DNA of 64,000 nt from sequence record PX915678.1. One strand, 5' to 3'. Of the stretch, positions 61,274 to 64,000 are shown piece by piece (positions within the stretch are counted from its first letter, which is position 1; the number at the start of each line of letters is the position of its first letter). The DNA is from a phage. The notes under the pieces are model-generated. The model searched no databases, had not been told where the DNA came from, and worked only from the letters and a program-made list of their open reading frames with translations. A program made the translations under genes and the position numbers.

Positions 61274-61681
61274 TCACTCAATTTCAATTTTACTAAATAT
61301 ACAGAATAAGATGGAACAGACTATATAAGCACCACACACAGATTGAACTAATACCATTCCAAAGAACCAAACAATATTATCAAACAATGTCTGTTTTACG
61401 TCGAAAGGACGTAAACTTACAGTAATATTATCACCTTTTTCTATTGAAGAATACATCTCTGGGGAAATATATTCACTAAATCTATAACCGTCTTTAAGTT
61501 CATATACGGCAATAAACGATAAACTAGACCCTTTTCCTTGTGTTCCTGTAATGGTATTAACTACAGTAACATCATAATCTTTATAATGCATATAATCATT
61601 AATTGCGTAATAACCATATGCAACTACTACACATAAACAACATATCAATAAATTCAATCTTTTAATTATCAACTGTTTCAT
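61274..61681 (-). CDS. Membrane protein (135 aa) with N- and C-terminal TM helices
   Basis: Track ORF; hydrophobic segments LNLLICCLCVVVAYGYYAI and IVWFFGMVLVQSVCGAYIVCSILFCIF. Confidence 0.55.
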   Translation of the reverse strand: MKQLIIKRLNLLICCLCVVVAYGYYAINDYMHYKDYDVTVVNTITGTQGKGSSLSFIAVYELKDGYRFSEYISPEMYSSIEKGDNITVSLRPFDVKQTLFDNIVWFFGMVLVQSVCGAYIVCSILFCIFSKIEIE

Positions 61682-61710
61682 AATAATCTCAATTAAAAGG
61701 GCTTAGAACC

Positions 61711-61735
61711 ATTATACCATCCTTGGTATAAAGCG
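61711..61735 (-). promoter_or_regulatory. Candidate MotA-dependent middle promoter
   Basis: Minus strand CGCTTTA, 12 nt, TATAAT; inverted repeat ATACCA-TCCT-TGGTAT spans the interval. Confidence 0.3.
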
Positions 61736-61736
61736 G

Positions 61737-62264
61737 TTATGCGAGTACCGTCTTTAACCGTTCTTCAAACTTCCGAAGAGTATTTTGGCGTTCAGCTCTT
61801 TGCTTTTTGTAAGTTTCAATACGCTCTGAAATGAGAGTGTATCGTTCATTTACCGATTCTTTCATAAAATCAGGAATTTCACGAGAAGCTTTAATCTCGT
61901 CAAATTTATCAATAACAGCTTGCTCTTCAGCAATTAAGTTATCATACATTAAAATATCTTTCTTGATGAACTCAATATCTTCTTGAGTTACACGAGATAA
62001 TTTAGATGCTTTATCCTTTTTGTACTGTTCGTTAGTATCACGAGACCAGTGCAATGTACGATTTTTATTCGTATTTTTGTAAATTTCTACAATACCGATC
62101 TCATCAATAATAACGATCCAATTCCAACGGGATTTGTAAATTTGTCCTCCATCAACAGTGATTTCACCTCCGATTGAGATGTCGTTAAAGAACTTGCTTT
62201 GCGCTTCAGATTTAAATTTACCATCGTTGTAATTTACCAAGTTGAAAATATCTTTAGCGTTCAT
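61737..62264 (-). CDS. Hypothetical protein with C-terminal coiled coil (175 aa)
   Basis: Track ORF; GGAGG SD; Lys/Glu/Arg-rich helical C-terminus. Confidence 0.55.
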   Translation of the reverse strand: MNAKDIFNLVNYNDGKFKSEAQSKFFNDISIGGEITVDGGQIYKSRWNWIVIIDEIGIVEIYKNTNKNRTLHWSRDTNEQYKKDKASKLSRVTQEDIEFIKKDILMYDNLIAEEQAVIDKFDEIKASREIPDFMKESVNERYTLISERIETYKKQRAERQNTLRKFEERLKTVLA

Positions 62265-62292
62265 TTTGTGTTCCTCCGTAGTTGATAGTTGT

Positions 62293-62322
62293 ATAGTACC
62301 ACAGAGGAACAGTCTTGTAAAC
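62293..62322 (-). promoter_or_regulatory. Early promoter with conserved leader
   Basis: GTTTAC (62317..62322), 18 nt, TACTAT (62293..62298); leader CUACGGAGGAACACAAA-AUG. Confidence 0.5.
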
Positions 62323-62324
62323 CA

Positions 62325-62627
62325 CTAAAAGAAACTTCTTTCACAATTTTTTCCACTGAACCAGGCGCTCACTGCTTTCTTAGTCTCAGGAGCAGTGTTA
62401 TCCATAAACCATTCAAAGGCAGCCTTTTTATGATTCTGGAGGGCTTCTCGGGCTTTAATCTGCTCACGGTCTATTAACACTAACATATGAGCCTTTCTTG
62501 TCACCATGGGCTTCTTATGATTTTTTGAATACTCCCAGTCATTTGTCCATCGCATTGTCGTTGCGAACTGAAATACTGCTTCTTTAATTTTAGTTTCGTA
62601 AATTTCACGAGCCTTTGAGTATAACAT
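62325..62627 (-). CDS. Hypothetical protein (100 aa)
   Basis: ATG at 62625..62627 with GGAGG SD (track start 62639 lacks SD). Confidence 0.5.
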   Translation of the reverse strand: MLYSKAREIYETKIKEAVFQFATTMRWTNDWEYSKNHKKPMVTRKAHMLVLIDREQIKAREALQNHKKAAFEWFMDNTAPETKKAVSAWFSGKNCERSFF

Positions 62628-62728
62628 CACTACCTCCATTCACCAGTTTAATTCTAGTCATCTTTTTAATGGCAGTCCATATAATCTATTTCTGAACTGC
62701 CTTTTTGTCGTAGAAGTCCTCTTATGAA

Positions 62729-63697
62729 TTATTTCAGAAGAGTAACCTCAGCGATTTCTTCCCAACCGTTTTTGTCGGTCATAATAAAGTCAGCAAGATA
62801 AAGAGCAGTACGCAGTGAAACATTGCGTAAACGATTAACATTAACTTTCATCCATGATAATGCTTTATAAGTTTCTTCATCAGAAAGACCGCGCTTTTGC
62901 ATCATGTCAGTTGAAAGAATAACATCTTCAACCCTGACCATAATTTCTTCATTAGTGTGAACACCCAAATCTAAATAAACTGAGCGGGACACTAATGCTT
63001 GTAAATGTGGAGCAAGTTTAGTACCACGGTCTAATTCGCGGTCAATGTCAACGTTTGTGATAAAAACAATCGTTCCTTTAAATTCAAACTCACGCTCAAT
63101 GCCTTTTTCTTCTAAGTAAGAAGACGCAGTGCTCCAGCAGACTTTACGGGTCTCTCCAGTGTCCAGAGCGGCTTTTAGAAGATTAAGAATGTCCATATCA
63201 GAGAAAACATCTACATCATCAATCAAAAGGACAGAATTCTCTTCACGATTATTCCAAAGCTGCTCATAAAGACCAATACCAGAGATTTTACCATTAATGC
63301 TTTTATATTCAATGTATCCAATATCATTTGCTTTATTTAAAGCTTTATCTAAAGAATACGTTTTACCAATACCTGCTGCGCCAGAGATAATTAATGAACG
63401 AATATTTCCGTTAATAATACCATTCGTCATCATTCCCATAACATTAAATCTTTTATTAATGCGGGTTTTCATATCTTCATATGATTCTTTAACTTCTTCA
63501 ACTTTTACACCATCATATGAAATATCTGATTTGTAAACCCAAACACCGCGACGTTTACCGTCAATTTCAACAAAAACTTTACCATCTCCTTGTGCATCTA
63601 CCGGAGCATTATCTGGGAACCATTCGCCTAAGAGCTCAAAAGTTCCAGAGATTTCTTTACCGAAGTAGATACCCTTATTAATAGTTACAGTTTTCAT
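62729..63697 (-). CDS. AAA+/P-loop ATPase of unknown function (322 aa)
   Basis: ATG at 63695..63697 with GGAG SD (track start is TTG); Walker A GAAGIGKT, Walker B LLIDDVD. Confidence 0.7.
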   Translation of the reverse strand: MKTVTINKGIYFGKEISGTFELLGEWFPDNAPVDAQGDGKVFVEIDGKRRGVWVYKSDISYDGVKVEEVKESYEDMKTRINKRFNVMGMMTNGIINGNIRSLIISGAAGIGKTYSLDKALNKANDIGYIEYKSINGKISGIGLYEQLWNNREENSVLLIDDVDVFSDMDILNLLKAALDTGETRKVCWSTASSYLEEKGIEREFEFKGTIVFITNVDIDRELDRGTKLAPHLQALVSRSVYLDLGVHTNEEIMVRVEDVILSTDMMQKRGLSDEETYKALSWMKVNVNRLRNVSLRTALYLADFIMTDKNGWEEIAEVTLLK

Positions 63698-63731
63698 TTT
63701 ATTCTCCAAATCCGTATCAGTTGATAGTTGT

Positions 63732-63761
63732 ATAGTACCATAAAGCTTTATGCTTGTAAAC
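63732..63761 (-). promoter_or_regulatory. Early promoter (terminator-promoter cassette, near-copy of 7433..7514)
   Basis: GTTTAC (63756..63761), 18 nt, TACTAT (63732..63737); leader identical to that at 11191..11224. Confidence 0.55.
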
Positions 63762-63791
63762 CGTTTTGTGAAAAAATTTTGAAATAAAAAA

Positions 63792-63809
63792 GGGAGCCCG
63801 AAGGCTCCC
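63792..63809 (-). terminator. Intrinsic terminator (UUCG tetraloop)
   Basis: GGGAGCC-CGAA-GGCTCCC followed on minus strand by a U-run. Confidence 0.5.
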
Positions 63810-63811
63810 TA

Positions 63812-64000
63812 TCATTTATAATAACTTCGATGGTTTTCAAGATAAACCCTCTCAAGGAAGTCATCCCAGAAACCCATGTCTACTTTTTGCTGCATACCGT
63901 TCTTAGAAGCTTCAATGGATGCTGCTTCTACTTGATCGACCACATCTTCCAAAAACTCTTGAACAGTTTTAAATGGATGTTTACCCAACTTCACGTCGAG
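63812..64000 (-). CDS. Hypothetical protein, probably 5'-truncated by window edge
   Basis: Track ORF 63812..63994 starts at GTG; frame stays open to nt 64000. Confidence 0.45.
   Translation of the reverse strand, partial: LDVKLGKHPFKTVQEFLEDVVDQVEAASIEASKNGMQQKVDMGFWDDFLERVYLENHRSYYK

Overview
This window is a contiguous segment of a T-even (T4-like) myovirus genome with no host DNA. It runs from the 3' part of long-tail-fibre gene 37, adhesin gene 38 and holin t on the plus strand into a long minus-strand early/middle region: asiA, arn, motA, 52, ac-like, stp, ndd, denB, rIIB, rIIA, 39, dexA, dda, srd-position ORF, modA, modB, soc, 56, 61, sp-like, dmd, 41, uvsX, a glycosyltransferase, 42, imm, 43, regA, 62, 44, 45, rpbA, 46, 47, a-gt, 55, nrdH, nrdG, nrdD, 49, nrdC and a distal block of unknown ORFs. 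Protein lengths match the T4 proteins as I remember them for most core genes, and the N-terminal sequences match for those I recall (asiA, gp44, gp55, gp56, stp). Gene 38 is the T2/T6-type glycine-rich adhesin, gene 39 is uninterrupted and nrdD is intron-less, so this is not T4 itself. I found no rRNA, tRNA, CRISPR array, integrase or transposase. Regulatory structure is dense: about 17 early promoters (GTTTAC, 18 nt, TA..AT), several terminator-plus-promoter cassettes, many GC-rich tetraloop hairpins at gene ends, a gene 43 translational operator and one late promoter (TATAAATA) before soc. Nothing can be shown to be a new system from sequence alone. The best candidates for follow-up are the uncharacterised block at 56.7-63.7 kb (four tandem coiled-coil ORFs, a membrane protein and an AAA+ ATPase), the dmd-proximal small-gene cluster, the duplicated small membrane peptides beside stp, and a recurring inverted repeat inside promoter spacers. 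All identifications are from recall and motif reading, with no database search.
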